A stretch of 63,708 nucleotides of DNA, the filler included, from Lenisia limosa (taxonomy: Eukaryota > Protista > Breviatea), in assembly GCA_001655205.1 (NCBI GenBank). It is 13 parts of 13 records of this genome, joined end to end, with 100 filler letters (N's around TTAATTAATTAA, not from the genome) between each part and the next. Parts side by side here need not be neighbours in the genome. Positions count along the whole stretch, not along the records: positions 1 to 15,087 come from LPNZ01011181.1; 12 more parts are not named here. The stretch is one strand, 5' to 3'. Every line of letters starts with the position of its first letter. The first letter of the stretch is position 1. Both the position numbers and the translations under genes were made by a program. Below the pieces are notes generated by a model that ran no database searches, was not told where the DNA came from, and worked only from the letters and a program-made list of their open reading frames with translations. Positions 1-14,235 of the stretch are shown piece after piece.

Positions 1-3000
1 AAACAGTCTTTACAGAGACACTGGTCTGCAGTCGTAGCGTTGTTGATGCCTGTTGCTGAGTTGTCGGGACACGCGATACAGGGGTCGAGAGCGAAGCCGT
101 CACGGTAGCCTGTAGGGCCACAGGGTGTGCATTGGGCTGCAATTCATGATTTGTGTTTAATACTCCAAAATCCAAGAAGATAAAAAAACGTCATGTTCAC
201 AAAGATAATTTGGAAAGTTGTAAGAATAATTTTAGTGGTAGTAATTCAGAAAATTCGGCAATCCAAATGAAGAGACCTTCCACCAAACCATTTCTCGCAA
301 ACCACCCCGAGCCAGCAAGGCAAAAGCATTCGCTTTCCCTGCNNNNNNNNNNNNNNNNNNNNNNNNNNNNNNNNNNNNNNNNNNNNNNNNNNNNNNNNNN
401 NNNNNNNNNNNNNNNNNNNNNNNNNNNNNNNNNNNNNNNNNNNNNNNNNNNNNNNNNNNNNNNNNNNNNNNNNNNNNNNNNNNNNNNNNNNNNNNNNNNN
501 AAGTGGGAGAATAGAGCAGTCAATGGGTTGGGAGGCAGATAATACACGAGGCAAACGAACCTGGGGGACAAAGGCATCCGAGAGTGTCATGAGGAGTAGA
601 CTCAAATGGAGACTGACAGTAACAGTCGGTGACATTGGCACTTGCTTGTGGAGACGTCTGGACACGTAACCCTTCCCTCCAATGGTCGGTTTGTGTGTTA
701 GTTAATCAGTAAATCAAGTAACATATCAGATAATCGTGACCCCTCACGGTGAACATAATGGGGCACTTTGAACAGGAGCTGTCAGAGACGGTGGGTTTAT
801 AGTAGCCTTCCATGCAAGGAGTGCATCCATTAGGCCCTTTCGTGAAGCCAACAGGACACCTACAAAATTAGAACTGACGGTGCTTCCTGGTGCCAGCGAG
901 AGTAATACAGTATATGGTCTGGAGAAAGACGAATATCGAGTGTTTGCCATCCAATTTGAGAGGGTACTTTCAGAAAGAAGTGCTTTATTCTGAAAGGAGT
1001 GGGGGTAAGGAAACGCTCAGTAATTTTTTTTTAAAAAAAAAACAGATCTCAGGAAAAGCTTGACGTTTCAAGAAATTGACTTACCGGCACCATCCAAAGT
1101 GCTCCACCGAACCCGGGGATATTTCAGAGCACGGCGCCGCAGTAAATGTTTGCTAAATAGTGAAGAGGGGAAAGAAAAGCCTCAAAATGATGGGTCATTG
1201 GAAGAATATGAAGAAGTGTGATCCGTGTTAACCACAAACCGTGAGAGTTATTTGGGGCTGAAGCAACGGGATAATTGTGAACTAAACTGTCAAAGGCCAT
1301 TCAAAAGAGAAAGAGAGCTTTTATTCTTGAAATACCCACAAAGCACCCCTCCTCCCTTTCAAATTAATGATATTCAATCTTTATCTTTCTTTTCGAAAAA
1401 ACGTGGCAATACGTACCGTGTAAGTTTGACCCTGTTCAGGTACTACAAGCAAGTCACTGAATGTGGCCACACCATTATCGTTGCACTCAACCCTAATTTG
1501 TAAAACAATGCTCAAGAACTTTGGTACAAACACATAGTATGTACTACTATATGTTCAGAAGCATTTCTAGAAATACCAAGAAAGCCTTTTTGAGAATTCA
1601 AATAAGCAGAATTGTGAGGAAAGTTCTGGTGAGCTTACACATTATTTGTCAATGACAGAGGTGAGGGGTCAGGAACAAGGTAAATGACACACGGCTGGCT
1701 TCTTGGTTCTCCTGTAACATCTTCGACCATCTATTTCATCAGAAATCGATAAATATTTATGCAAGAAAAACAACCACTCCACAGCCTCAATTTTTATACA
1801 CTTTCACAACTATGTATCTTAAAGAAGTAATATTGTTATTTGGTTTTTATGTCATGACTGTACAATTTACTCCTAAAAATCGCTCACTCTGAACGTTGGA
1901 GGCACGTCCGGGTACTCTCCATTCAGAACAGAGGATCCTTCGCTGACCGTCTTATAGAAGTGAGTATATAAAAACAAATGCTTCAGTGGAAAAATATATA
2001 CTATTATATCATATACTATTCGGAGAATATCAAGAAATGCATTTACGGTACCGAATGAAGCGAGGGAATTATATCAAAAAGTCAGACACTGCAGACCTCC
2101 AATCTCAAAATGTCATTCACGACAAAGTTGAAGGATTGAGTCATCAGGGCCACATGGATTGTCACCGAGTACGTGCCAGGGTCTAATGCAGGCATTGTAC
2201 ACTGTATAACCTGGAGTATTAATGAGTACCACTTGGGAAAGAGAGAAACGATAAATTGGATATTTCTGAATATTACGTTAGCTTGTAGTAAAAAGAATAC
2301 AAATACCCCAACTTATTATGTGATGAATTTGTAAATTACAATAGGCAGCATACCGAAGATGAAATGGCTTCATCGCAAATTGTGTCATTGCCAAGAAGGG
2401 AAATATACGCTGCTGCCGGGAGAGGGATGTTGCTGCCGCGGAAGGTGACCGTTCTGTTGCCAGGTTGACTTGTTTTGGAGATCAGCTGCACAGGGGGGGG
2501 GGGGGGNNNNNNNNNNNNNNNNNNNNNNNNNNNNNNNNNNNNNNNNNNNNNNNNNNNNACACAAACATGAGCAGCAACCTAAAACTAGACAAAAACACAA
2601 AAATAAAAACAAACCCGGGGGGGGGTGTAAATGAGGTTAACTTCAGCTAAAGATCCGATCAGGTTTGTGCAGAGAACTTTTCAAAAAAAATGAAAACAAG
2701 AGAACAAAAGAAAAGAAATCAACCCTCAGACCAAATCTGGGTATAGGAGGTTCAGTTGCAAGGCTGGTATGATACTTATGCTTGTCAAAACGGTTAGGTC
2801 GTTGATATAGGGGCGCGGATCGTAGGATATGTACACGTCAAACGTGTCGCCAGGATTGAGTAGTTCTGTATGGCAAGTGAGGGGATGCGGGTCTGGACAT
2901 AATGATTAGAGCTTCACTTCCGTTCCAAAACACCTGTAAAATATCGATATTTATCAAATCGAAAATTCAGTCACTTTTTGAACCGAAAATGAAGCTCTAA

Positions 3001-6000
3001 TAATGAGATATTATATATGATATACTATATCCATATTATATAGTATACTGGTAGTATATTAGTTCTATACTATAGTTTTTGCAACATAATAATACACCAG
3101 AGATGACGACTGTGCCCCTTTTTCAAACCGGTAACTGGAAGCACGTCACATTTATAGTAGTTCAAGGCCTCGGGATAGGGTGCGAAGGGGATGGAGAGTA
3201 CCACCAAATAGTCAGCGGACGAGGGGTTAACAATGCAGTGCGGTGGTACGGTGGAGCCAGCGGCATGGAAGGTCAGCTGTGAGAGGAATAAGATGAAGTG
3301 ACCGATCAGACATGTATGCAAAAAATAAGATTAGAAATGCCCACTATCCCATGTGGCGATATAGCGACGTATGATAAAGGGGGAGGTCCAAAATGATCAA
3401 ACGTTTCAATTCTCTCCATTTTCGTACAGATGATATCCTGATACAATAGGTCTTTTTTGAACAAGAGAAATAATAAACTTTATAAATCTAGGGAAATAGG
3501 TTGTGCAAACCTCTTTTCCATGATTGAGAGTTGAGCTCATGACGAGATCGAGTTCACCCAGTGCGGTCGTTGTGAAAACATCACTATTAACAACCTAGGG
3601 GAGGTAAGAGTGACAATGTACCAGATACAATTTCAATGGATCTAAGTGAATGTAACAGATACAATCTTAATGATTCTAAATGATGAGGAGATATGATTCT
3701 CATTTAGAAAGTTGTTCCCCTATGGAAAATAATTGGGTAGCTTCTACTCCTTTCCCGAGAAATAAATAAGATGTTGAGGCCGCCAGATATGTACATTGCA
3801 TTCACCCCGCCCACTACACCATGGATGAGTAGGGACGCAGTGTAAACTGAATTGTGCTCCAGGTCTGACAGTCCCGGGAAGATCAAGCGGTAGCCGGAGC
3901 CTGATTCTGTACCAAGGAACAAATCCGTTCCATTTATGGTGGTGGCTGAGATAAGTTCAACTGTAATGCAGCTGGGGTTGCAGAGTCGTATATCGACACA
4001 ACTGTCCGGGCTGTATGCCTGAGATTGTCAATGCAAGATCTTATTTCTCTTAAATAAAAAGATCGTGTTGGCATATTGATCTAAATCCTAGCCACTGTCA
4101 ATACACTGGATCATACTACTTAGATATGTAGCTCGATGTCTCACCGCGACGTCAATGAAGAAGGCTTTGTTTTTGAAGATAAAAGCCGGAGAATCCAGCA
4201 AGACAAACGGTGAGGACTCGGAAGTTGAAAACGCTACAATTTCCCCAAGACTCAAATCGATTGCTCCAATGTTACTTGAAATATCCCAAACCTGAGAGGT
4301 AAACCAAACGTTGAAAGCAATTACCGCATGATTTAGTCCGGAGCGTTTTGGACAGATTGTTGTACATTGGTCAGTAACTCGAGGGTAAAAGGATCCAGTA
4401 GCTAACATCTTTCCCTTAGCCCCTAAAAGGTAATAATCCATGTTCAATACAATTACAATATCGTTAAATATTCGCTCAAGCATTATTCACAGATGCTTTC
4501 TGCGTTCCTCCCCTGCATACGAGAGTATGCAACCATTGAGTATTCAATGTCAGCCTAAACCGTTAGAAAAACAGAACCCTCCCAAATATTTTATATCATA
4601 TGATCTTATCTTTTTATACTTGAAGATATACTATAATATTTACTATGGGGAAAAATAAGAAGGGTCCCATACAACTTTGTGAAAATAGCAACTGTTTGCA
4701 TGCTTTCCCAGCCCAACTATATCAATTGTGAAGTCATCACCAAGGTTGTAAAACTCTCTTATGTTGATGGGGAACAATCCTCGGTCAACGTTACCGAAAA
4801 TGCCACCAGGTGAATATCTTCGGCAAACAAAAATATTTTTGTCAATTCCTAGAAAGTAAGTGAATTCTACATTCTTGACCCCAACGCTTCAATCTATTGT
4901 TGTTTATATGATACAGAAAATACTTGACCAATTGGCCCCCTCCCCTCCACCGATGGCTACCACCAACCATCAATCAAGACAATGTCAGCATTGAATAACT
5001 CAACATGGGTCAAAGTCTGAAGCATGAAAAAGAAGGATATCCTTTACCTTGTATGGCAGCTCGGGGAAAGCCTTTTGCATATGAATGAAGTTGTCGAAGA
5101 AAATACCAGGCTCAGTATACGGCGGGCCTCCATAGTGTTCAGGAAGAAGTTCATAACCATCCTTGAATCGAACATAATAAGCCCCAGACGCTATAATATC
5201 AAGATGAATCCAGAAAATTCAACCTGACCCCAATCTAACCATCAATAACAAGCAGGTAGCGTGTTGACGACAGCACATCCATGATAGGGGGCTCGAAGTA
5301 GCCCAATGTGAAAGCCGGGAATGAAGACGGAATGTAAGTCCCTGGCTTTGTTATTTGAAGCAAATGATTGAAGACAACTGATATTAGTTGATACGATATA
5401 GTATAGTAGATGATATGATATGATATATCATCATATATTACACATGAGAAAAGATCATCATATATAATACACAGAGAAAAGTAAAAATCATTTCGTGCCG
5501 TAACACCAAATCACACTCCCCTTCATCCCTTCAAAGGGGATACGATTAAAAAGATTGTTGAATCAAGGGTGTTGTTGGAAAGGAACTTGCATATACAGGA
5601 AACCAACCATTGTTGAATATCGGCTCTTGAGACAAAGACACTATACAAATTAGTGAATTTCAACAAATCATACAAAAGAGGTTAGTTTTCGACACATCCT
5701 CTTTCTACCTCTGATATGAACATCATAAAACAATAAGTCCTCTCGCCAAGTGCTCACAAGGGCGGAAGACACTTATGGGGCTCTCTGGCGGCTCAGAAAA
5801 GAAGTGAGGTACTTCGGGATACATGACGGCAAGGCGGAACCCACAAACGTAATTACCTCCACCATCTATTGAATTATATTATATGAAGTATGCCCTACTT
5901 CTGGGAGCAATTACAACCTCTCCACCCCTTGCATAGATTTTGCCTGGGTGGTAAGAAGGATAGTTGGAGGTGCAACTTACCTTGAATATCATCTGGAGTC

Positions 6001-8072
6001 TTCCAAATATTAGTCCCGATTTTGATTCTGTTATCCATGGTGAGGTGATATTTTGACATGCCTGCGACTTCACAGTTGTTGGTTCCTAATTGTAAGCCAG
6101 TATAAAATTAGATGTTAACACCACATATTTTTCACAGCTGACTCAATACATATGCATATTATATACATATCATATCATATATTACATGTAAACATATATA
6201 TGATACTATATATGCATATCATATGTATTGTGTTACACAAATAAATATGTACATGTTCATATTGTTCCATTTCTATTTTTGAATTTTTTTAACTCAAAAA
6301 TATATTCCGTTCTATAAATCCTGTTTAGAGCGAAGAGAAGGCACCACCAGCATACCTATTGTTTCATGACCGTCATCAATAACAGAAAATGTTATTGGAA
6401 AACTGTGTTTGCCTCTCGAGTTACAGTGTGTTTGGTATCCCTCAATTATTTCAAAGGCCAATCCAGGGAAAAATTCAAACGAGTACATCGGACCAGCTGG
6501 AATTGTCCGATAGTTGGGGGTGGAAGTTATCCAGTAGATGTGGGTGGCAGCTGGACAAGTTAAGACAATCAAGTGGGGGGGGGGGGCAAACATTTGGCCG
6601 TCAGCTCAGCGCCGAAAGAGGACTGATCGACAACGCCTGTGGTTACGGTTTGCCATTCGCTGATGTAAGGGTTCCACTTCTTCAAATCCCCTGTTGCTAT
6701 AATGGTGAATAAGGCGCAAATGAGAAGAAATCGAGATCCTGAGTGTTCGACACAAAACCGGATTTGAGGAAATCAGTTCAAATTGATGAGTTGAATCAAG
6801 CAGAAGCAGTATAACATACTTGTTACACAATTGAACCAATGAAATTCTGGAGGTTCGATTTGCTTGGCCGCAAATTCAACAATTTGATTAGGAATCCAGT
6901 TCACTTTTGCGGACTGCTTGGTGAAAAAATGGGGAAGAAAATCATCAAGGGCAAGAGACATCAGGGAACTGGGAGAACATCCTACTTTGGTCACCGTGAG
7001 AAGGTCGCCCGTTCGGTCAAAGAAAAAGCTGGTAACAGTGCGGTCTGCAAAGAATTTAGCACTGCCATCTTGAAAGAATTTTCTGATTTGACATGGTACA
7101 TCTTCCCCCCTCTCCACCCGTCCGTTCATTTGAAAGGACAACTAGGGAAAAAATATTATGACCCACAAGCCACCTACCAGTTACACAAGACAAGGAGTTG
7201 GTTGCCGATAGCCTGCAGTATGAATAAGACGAGGCACTTGGAAGCTGCATTTCTGCAGTGCTGAAAGCCTCGTGGATGTACATCTATGAGTGTCATTTAT
7301 CGCAGCAAAAGACTTCAAAGAATCATTCTGTATGGCTTTTGTGAACATGACAAGGTGCAGAAATTGATTCTGATCTGACAAAGAAGGATGGATGAGTCTT
7401 AACAGTAACAGTTTGGTTAAACACGATGCGACAACCCTGCCAACAGCGAAAGATTTGGAGCTGACATAACCTAACACGTATACTTTTCTGGTGTCTAAAA
7501 TGCAATAAGGGGTTTACCAGACCTCGACATCATATTGATATAATAAAAAATATCACGTTTATTGAGAAATAATAATAAACAAGAATCGAAAACTCACCAG
7601 TGACAGCCCAGTACAAATAAGCTCCATTATGGAAGTCGAAGTCATCTTGTACAACCGTTCCAGGTACAGCGAGAGTTAGGTCGACACATTGCATCGGCAC
7701 TTGAGAGCGCTGATGATTAAGTCCAACATTCAGCAACTACTCTCTCGTTGCTTCAGACCGATAACCAAGGCGGCCGATAACGGGCAATTACATAACATGT
7801 CGCATATTAATGCGATACTAGGATGAAATTTCGTGTGACCTTCACGCAAAAGGCTACACCCCCTCCCCCCACTTGAAATTCATTGGTGAGTGTTGATGGG
7901 TCCAAAGGGGTAAGATAAGCTGCAATAATTAGATATGCAACTCTGCTTTACTTTTCTCTGAATTTTCAAAACTCCACTAACCATTACTTTGTACGCATAG
8001 GTAACAACAAAAGAGTGTAAAGAGCCACGCAGCTGTGAGGCTCTTCATCAGAGACAAATCAATCATACTCAT
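1..8072 (-). CDS. Large multi-exon secreted/surface protein with Cys-rich GCC2/GCC3 (ephrin-receptor-like) repeats; 3' end runs off the window
   Basis: Signal-peptide-like first exon MSMIDLSLMKSLTAAWLFTLFCCYLCVQ (~8072-7990). Many GT-AG bounded exons follow (e.g. LTLAVPGTVVQDDFDFHNGAYLYWAVT, DRTVTSFFFDRTGDLLTVTK, FLGTESGSGYRLIFPG). Near 1-145 the frame reads AAQCTPCGPTGYRDGFALDPCIACPDNSATGINNATTADQCLCKDC, the CxxCP..CxxCP..T...C.C pattern of GCC2/GCC3 repeats. Linking all exons into one gene is inferred. Confidence 0.6.
2907..2999. mobile_element. MITE family A (hAT-like)
   Basis: TIRs TAGAGCTTCAC.../...TGAAGCTCTA; flanks ATAATGAT / ATAATGAG (8-bp TSD, 1 mismatch). Confidence 0.85.
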
Positions 8073-8489
8073 CCTGCGAAGAAGGCCTAAACCTCTATCG
8101 GACCATAATAATAAGACATAATACTCATAATAAAAACAAAATAGCTATAGCAGGAAAGAAGAAGAGGCTCCTGAGAAAAATTTAGTCGGTACAAATATCT
8201 AAGGATCGTGCTGATCAACTGTCCTTTTAAAAAATAATAAACTTAAAAATTTAATACATGTTAAGAAGGTTAGGAAATAAAGACATATAACAAAGTACTG
8301 TTAAAACTGGAGCAAAGAGCCAAAAAGGCAAGCACAGGTTAGTTGCTCTTGGAAGACTAAGGCGCCTGCAGAGTGTTCTCCCCCTGAAAACATCGCTATT
8401 GGACATATCGTCATGAAATATATCGGTTAATCTAGAATTATGAAACCAGAGTGTCACTTGACCCCTTTCACTCCATTAGTTCCGAAGCC

Positions 8490-11400
8490 CGTCTATAGAA
8501 CGGAAATGTTTCGCTTCATCCAGGACCTGGTTGCACCACAAACCACTACTGATCTAGACAGCTTCAAATCGGCGTGGAGAGGCTTTAACAGTGGTCAACG
8601 AGATTACTCCTGTTGGCTTCTCTTCAGAGAATTTTTTTCTTTTTTCGTTTTGGTGTTGTGGATGATTTCTTTGAAACACTTTCTGTTTTACCCCTTTCCC
8701 CATTGCTACTGTAACTGTGGACGTTTTTCTAGATTTTGACCAAAGTTGTTGTTTTTATTTATACTGGCGCAAAAAGTTATCTCAGCAATCCATTTGGGGT
8801 TTTTGGGACATTTTTAAATTAAATCCAATAAACTTTACACCATTGTTATTCCAACCACACTTTGTCCCACTCCAATTGAGGAAACCCCAAAAATGAGTTG
8901 TTTTTTTGGAAAACTTGTCCGAAGTTGTATCCACTAGTGATATGGTCATGTCCATCTGAACAAGTTTTGAGAGGTAACACAACACTATGGGAAATGAACT
9001 TTTTTTTTTTTGATGTAATAGTACATATCATATAATATATAATGGTGCACTAAGCCAAACGGGGGTGGCGGTGACAAAAGTATTCTGCGAACTGGCCGAC
9101 TATTTTTTTTTTTTTTTGTTTCNNNNNNNNNNNNNNNNNNNNNNNNNNNNNNNNNNNNNNNNNNNNNNNNNNNNNNNNNNNNNNNNNNNNNNNNNNNNNN
9201 NNNNNNNNNNNNNNNNNNNNNNNNNNNNNNNNNNNNNNNNNNNNNNNNNNNNNNNNNNNNNNNNNNNNNNNNNNNNNNNNNNNNNNNNNNNNNNNNNNNN
9301 NNNNNNNNNNNNNNNNNNNNNNNNNNNNNNNNNNNNNNNNNNNNNNNNNNNNNNNNNNNNNNNNNNNNNNNNNNNNNNNNNNNNNNNNNNNNNNNNNNNN
9401 NNNNNNNNNNNTCTTTTTTGGACCGAAAGTGAAGCTTTATGTAGTACACATCTCAGTTGTATTCAACAATAACAACAGTATCACTATGTGATCCCAGACT
9501 ATTGAAATACTGTAACGGATACAACAACAGCTTTAGCGTCGTGACACCATTGATACTTCCCTCTTCATCTTAAGGTCTCGATGCCGAGAGCTGTTTGGAG
9601 TTTGCAAACGAAAACAATGTATTGATGCTCATCTCTGGGTGTGCCATAAACGACGTAGGTGACCATTAAGGATTACTTCTCTCCGAAAAGTTCCATTTCT
9701 CTTGATTTTGCTTTCTCATCCATTAAACAGGTTAGGATTTTATGTCATATGATATTAATTTACTTTCAAAAAGAACAATACTATGTCAGCTTGTCTTTTC
9801 AAAACATGAGAATAACTTTGAAGCATCCTGTTGGGTTCCGTTCTATTGGCCTTTCTGCATTCAAGTCCCTCGTGTTAGAAGCACCTTTGCTCCTGCCATT
9901 GTCTAGTGTACGTCAGCCTCTACACCAGGTCTGTTTGCTGGTCCATTTTGTTTAAAACTAGAACGCACCCCAAACTGCTCATTTTCATGGTGAAACCACA
10001 ATGTTGTTTTAGTGGAATTATCCCTTAGATTATTATTAATCCTCCTTTTCTCCACAGATGATTGTTGCCTTTGGGGCTTCTGAAGAGGTGGCTTGTGATC
10101 AGGCATACGTCTCCCTCATATCTGCCCTCTGCTCAACTTTCGTCAAAAACCCTGCTTTTGCTGAGTTTTTCACTCCTAATGACAAGGTAAGCGTACTCTG
10201 CCTCACCCCCTTTGACCCCAAGAAAATCAAAGTAGTTCTCACCACACCCCAGGCGTTTAACTTCCCCCTTCTGCACCCCCTCATATTGGACCTGTCCACG
10301 CATGGAGTCTCCAGCCCCGGTGGTAAGGGCCTCCTGTCCCTCCTCGCAATTGATTGGACGTGGGCGGACGCAATTACCACGCAATGTCTTGAGGCTAATC
10401 TGCACGTCACTTTGGTGGGACAGGGCTTTGAATTAGTCAGGGGTGCTATGAGACGTTGAAGAGGTCAGGGGTGCTATGAGACGTTTGCTTGCTTTGACCA
10501 ATGGTAATTTGTTTTCTATCACATGTGGCCTAAATGCGGTACACCCCACTACCTGCTTTAACACTGTTAGACTGAAATGTTGATCCAAGAGTTCTGCAAG
10601 CTCCCTCCCGACACCCTCGCAGGAATGGAGTCACTTTCTCTCTTCAACAGTATCATCAATTACTTGGGCAAGCTGTCAAATATTGTTACAAGCGTATGCA
10701 ATACGGCATTCGTCGTATGGGAAATAAATAATAGATATTGGATTCACCAATCATTTGCCTAACAACTCTGTACACACAACTTTCAGTTAGTATTGTCTAC
10801 TATGTATTTTTACACATATGATATCGTGGATATTTGATCTTTCGAATGAATTGCGTATTCAATGCCATCAGTCGTTCAATGAGCCGCTCCTCGCTTCAAT
10901 CGAGGAAATGTTTCTGGATTTGATTATCACAAGCTACATCTGCGAAAGGTTTGAGGATGGGAATGTTGGCTTGATAGTCACTGTTTTCGAAAACACAACA
11001 TTAGAGTGGTGTTGTATCATACCAAACTAGAATGAGATAGTGTGGACTGTTTCGTCCAGATACTTCTTATTGTATCTATTAAGGAACATTTTGAGGAACA
11101 GAGAGCTCCTCTCTTCTAGGGTTTCATCAACATCGCTTTTTCTAACTGCCTTTAGGTCTTCTTCAGTGCACTTACTGCATTTGGCAAGTATGGTTTCAAC
11201 CCTTGACGACTGTCCGTTCAGAAAAACAATTATCCAGTTCATTCTGAGGGTTAGTCTTGTGCTGATGTGGTTTTATAGACATTGTAGTGACTGACTCTTT
11301 TAGCCTTCCGACAACTCCTCATCTTTTATCGAATTCGTTTTGCACAAACTTCTTAATGATAGTGACGTGAGAGGGTACTAACAATGAGAGGGAGAAAGAG

Positions 11401-13449
11401 ACGAAAGGAGGGAAAGTTGCATTGAACAAATATATTTTCAAAATTTTTTCAGTTTTTTTTATATTGACTTCTATTTTAGATTGGTACCTTTACGCCAATA
11501 TTCATCGATTTCCTTCGTTTTACTCCACCCCCCCCCCCCNNNNNNNNNNNNNNNNNNNNNNNNNNNNNNNNNNNNNNNNNNNNNNNNNNNNNNNNNNNNN
11601 NNNNNNTTGGATGCCTTGATTTTGACCGGGGACTCACTGGTGATTCGCGAGTTATTAACACGGCACCTTGAGCAGTTAGATTACTTAGATCGAGAGGCCT
11701 TGGAGGAGCAATCTCTCAATTCCTATGTTCATATTGATGCACCTAAAGCCATTCACAGGTGAGGTGGCCTTGATAAATAATATCGAACATTGTGCTACAT
11801 TGTAACCTAAATAGAGAGAGGGGGGTTATTATTGGTGTTATTTTCACCCCTTCCGCAGTTTCGCCTCCCTTATTCCAACAACACCAATGCAACTTGATTC
11901 TCCACTCTACGATCAATATGTCCACGATGCGATGTTGTCTTGTGGGGCCGCGCAAGAGGCTTGTCTGATGTGGAAGGTTTGAGTGGTTTTTTCATATGGA
12001 AGGTTTGAAGGGTGAAGTTCAGTCTTTGAAGGATTCCCGATCATATCATCTGTGGGGATGGAGTAAGGCCTGATTTGATATCCTAGCCTGTGGAGAAGAC
12101 CAAGTCTCCTACAATGCCTATAGCTGAAGAACCGTCCACACCACCACTCATCCCAACTCCCGCAGCTGAATCAGTAGGAATGGGTTTGAAGAATACTGAT
12201 AATCGAGATTATATCGAGTTTTGTTTTTTGGGACTGGGTGGGTCTTTGGTCAATTGTTATCATTATCAAAAAAGAGAATATATCTCGATAAATCCTCGGA
12301 AATATGGATATTTTGACGTTCTTTTTAGGACCATAGGGAAGTCCTAGTTATCATACGGTTCCATTTTACTTTGTACAGGCAGTAACCCCACAAATGGACA
12401 ACTTGTTTGCGGACTCCGCTGACACTTTTCCCGAGCCTTTGCCAGTACCCAAAGCCGATCTTGTAAGTTATTGTTTCTACAAACCGTAGCTATGGTTAAA
12501 GATCATTATTTAGCTGCAAAATGAGGCGACAGGCTTTTCTCCTGGCCCATGTGTCACAGCCCTTCTGGCCATGATCACAATTTGGCATAGTCATCCTTTC
12601 GAGTTGGCGGGAGGGCTTTGGCTTTGCAGTCATAACTGGACAGAGGCTCTTCTTTTAGCGCATGTACATCTGGACTTTACAATGCATCAAGTGATGTGGA
12701 GCTAACATATTTAGGGTTCAACTCACTTTGTCAAACGTCTGTGTTCATCTTTCAGCCTATCCTATTGTAAGGGACGGGAGGGGGATGCCTTTTCCTCCTT
12801 AGTTGGGATTAACATTTGTCACCAAAGCGATTCTACTTTTTATACGGTTTTATGAATATGGTAGAAAACTTGGTCACACCAAACCCTTAAATACGTTGGT
12901 TTATTGTTTTCAGCCCTCCTTACACTCCTTCCTATTGGACCCCCACGCCCCAATCAAACCTGAAGTCCCGACGCTTTTCAAGGCGTTGCAGCAAGTGAGC
13001 AATTGGGGGTTAATTTACCCTTATTACCAACCTGGGACAGCGTCTAATTTCTCTTTCATTGATTCCTTTACCCCCCTCCTCCCCAGGCTTCAGACCTCTG
13101 TCGGCAGATGGTGGAGAGCGAGTCAAACTGGGAGGAGGTCTTAGGCCGAAACAGGAATGCGTTCGTTTTGAAGGTTTCGTCAGGAGGTGGGCCAAGGTTC
13201 AGAACAAATTTTCGAGAAACATGTCTTTCGGACTGAAGGGAAGCCTAGCAAGAACCCCTTACCACTACTATGTATACTACATTCGTACTTCACCGAAAAT
13301 ATGATTGTGTGGTCACTGATAATCATCTAGGTCACCCCTTGTCGCCGCAAGATCTTGATCGATCAATGCGGAACTACATTCTGCTGGAATCCTTCATTTG
13401 CGAGCTAATATCCATTCTCCAAGTTAAGGAGGCTCTCTATATGCCTTAG
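8490..13449 (+). CDS. Multi-exon hypothetical protein (helical, with a Pro-rich linker)
   Basis: GT-AG exons read in frame: MFRFIQDLVAPQTTTDLDSFKSAWRGF, MIVAFGASEEVACDQAYVSLISALCSTFVKNPAFAEFFTPNDK, LDALILTGDSLVIRELLTRHLEQLDYLD, PVEKTKSPTMPIAEEPSTPP, and a last exon GHPLSPQDLDRSMRNYILLESFICELISILQVKEALYMP*. No family recognised; the start is uncertain. Confidence 0.5.
12264..12346. mobile_element. MITE family A variant, left end deleted
   Basis: Right end GGACCATAGGGAAGTCCTA; perfect 8-bp flanking repeat GTTATCAT. Confidence 0.7.
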
Positions 13450-14235
13450 GCATGGAATCTGAGTTTGTTGATATGGTTTATTTCTGCTACTGATATGATC
13501 GAGTATTCTGATATATGAATTGCTCAGAAGCTCAGAAATAATGCTGGAATGGGAGTTGCTGATTTGTTTCTGATTGTGCGAAAGGGTACACATGACATTT
13601 GCATATTTGCATAGCATTGCATTCACATAGACAATACCTCGTGCGCTCGTGTCTCGTGCGGGGTGGGTCTCCTCCTGGAAACACCCACAAACAAACCAGA
13701 AATAAAAAATTGCAACAACAAACCCAAAAAAAAAACCTGCAATCAGCCTGCAATTGACCTACAATGGCATCATGCTTGCACCTCCAAATATAAATGGCTC
13801 CGTCCGGCTCTTGTGGCAGATTATTGATTTTTTTTCTTTTCATTCCTTTCACTTTTCATTTTGCTCCTCGCTAATTAAAACAAGAGTTGAACAAGACTCT
13901 CTTTTGGAGAGCTACACTTTGAATCGTTATTTGTTTAGACATTAAACTCCTGAACTAGTTTTTAGTCATCCTTAAAACCACTGTCATCTGAATCCACTCT
14001 GTGAAATAAAGTTACTGTTATCAGTCGACATATCTAACGATAAAAAATCACAATGGTAGGAATTGTTGCGTTCACTAAATTGTTCTGCCCGATTAACTCG
14101 GTGTAGGTGATGTCAAGGAGGTCACAAACGCAAAAGGAGGAAAAGTATGAAAGCAAAACGTCCTTCTATCATAGTTTGTACATATTATAAAACCGCGCCC
14201 TTTTTCTTCACCCTTCCCTTCCCATCTAACGCTCT

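Noticed and set aside
153-665. ORFs spanning N runs (many in the ORF track)
   Set aside because: Their length is an artefact of gaps translated as X.
6839-7264. 141-aa plus-strand ORF that at first looked like a viral or transposase fragment
   Set aside because: The minus strand here contains GT-AG bounded exons of the large surface-protein gene, and the ORF has no recognisable motifs, so it is a shadow ORF.
11027-11242. Coding-looking minus-strand ORF inside the plus-strand gene
   Set aside because: The plus strand has proper short exons here (YFLLYLLRNILRNRELLSSR; VFFSALTAFG); no independent support.
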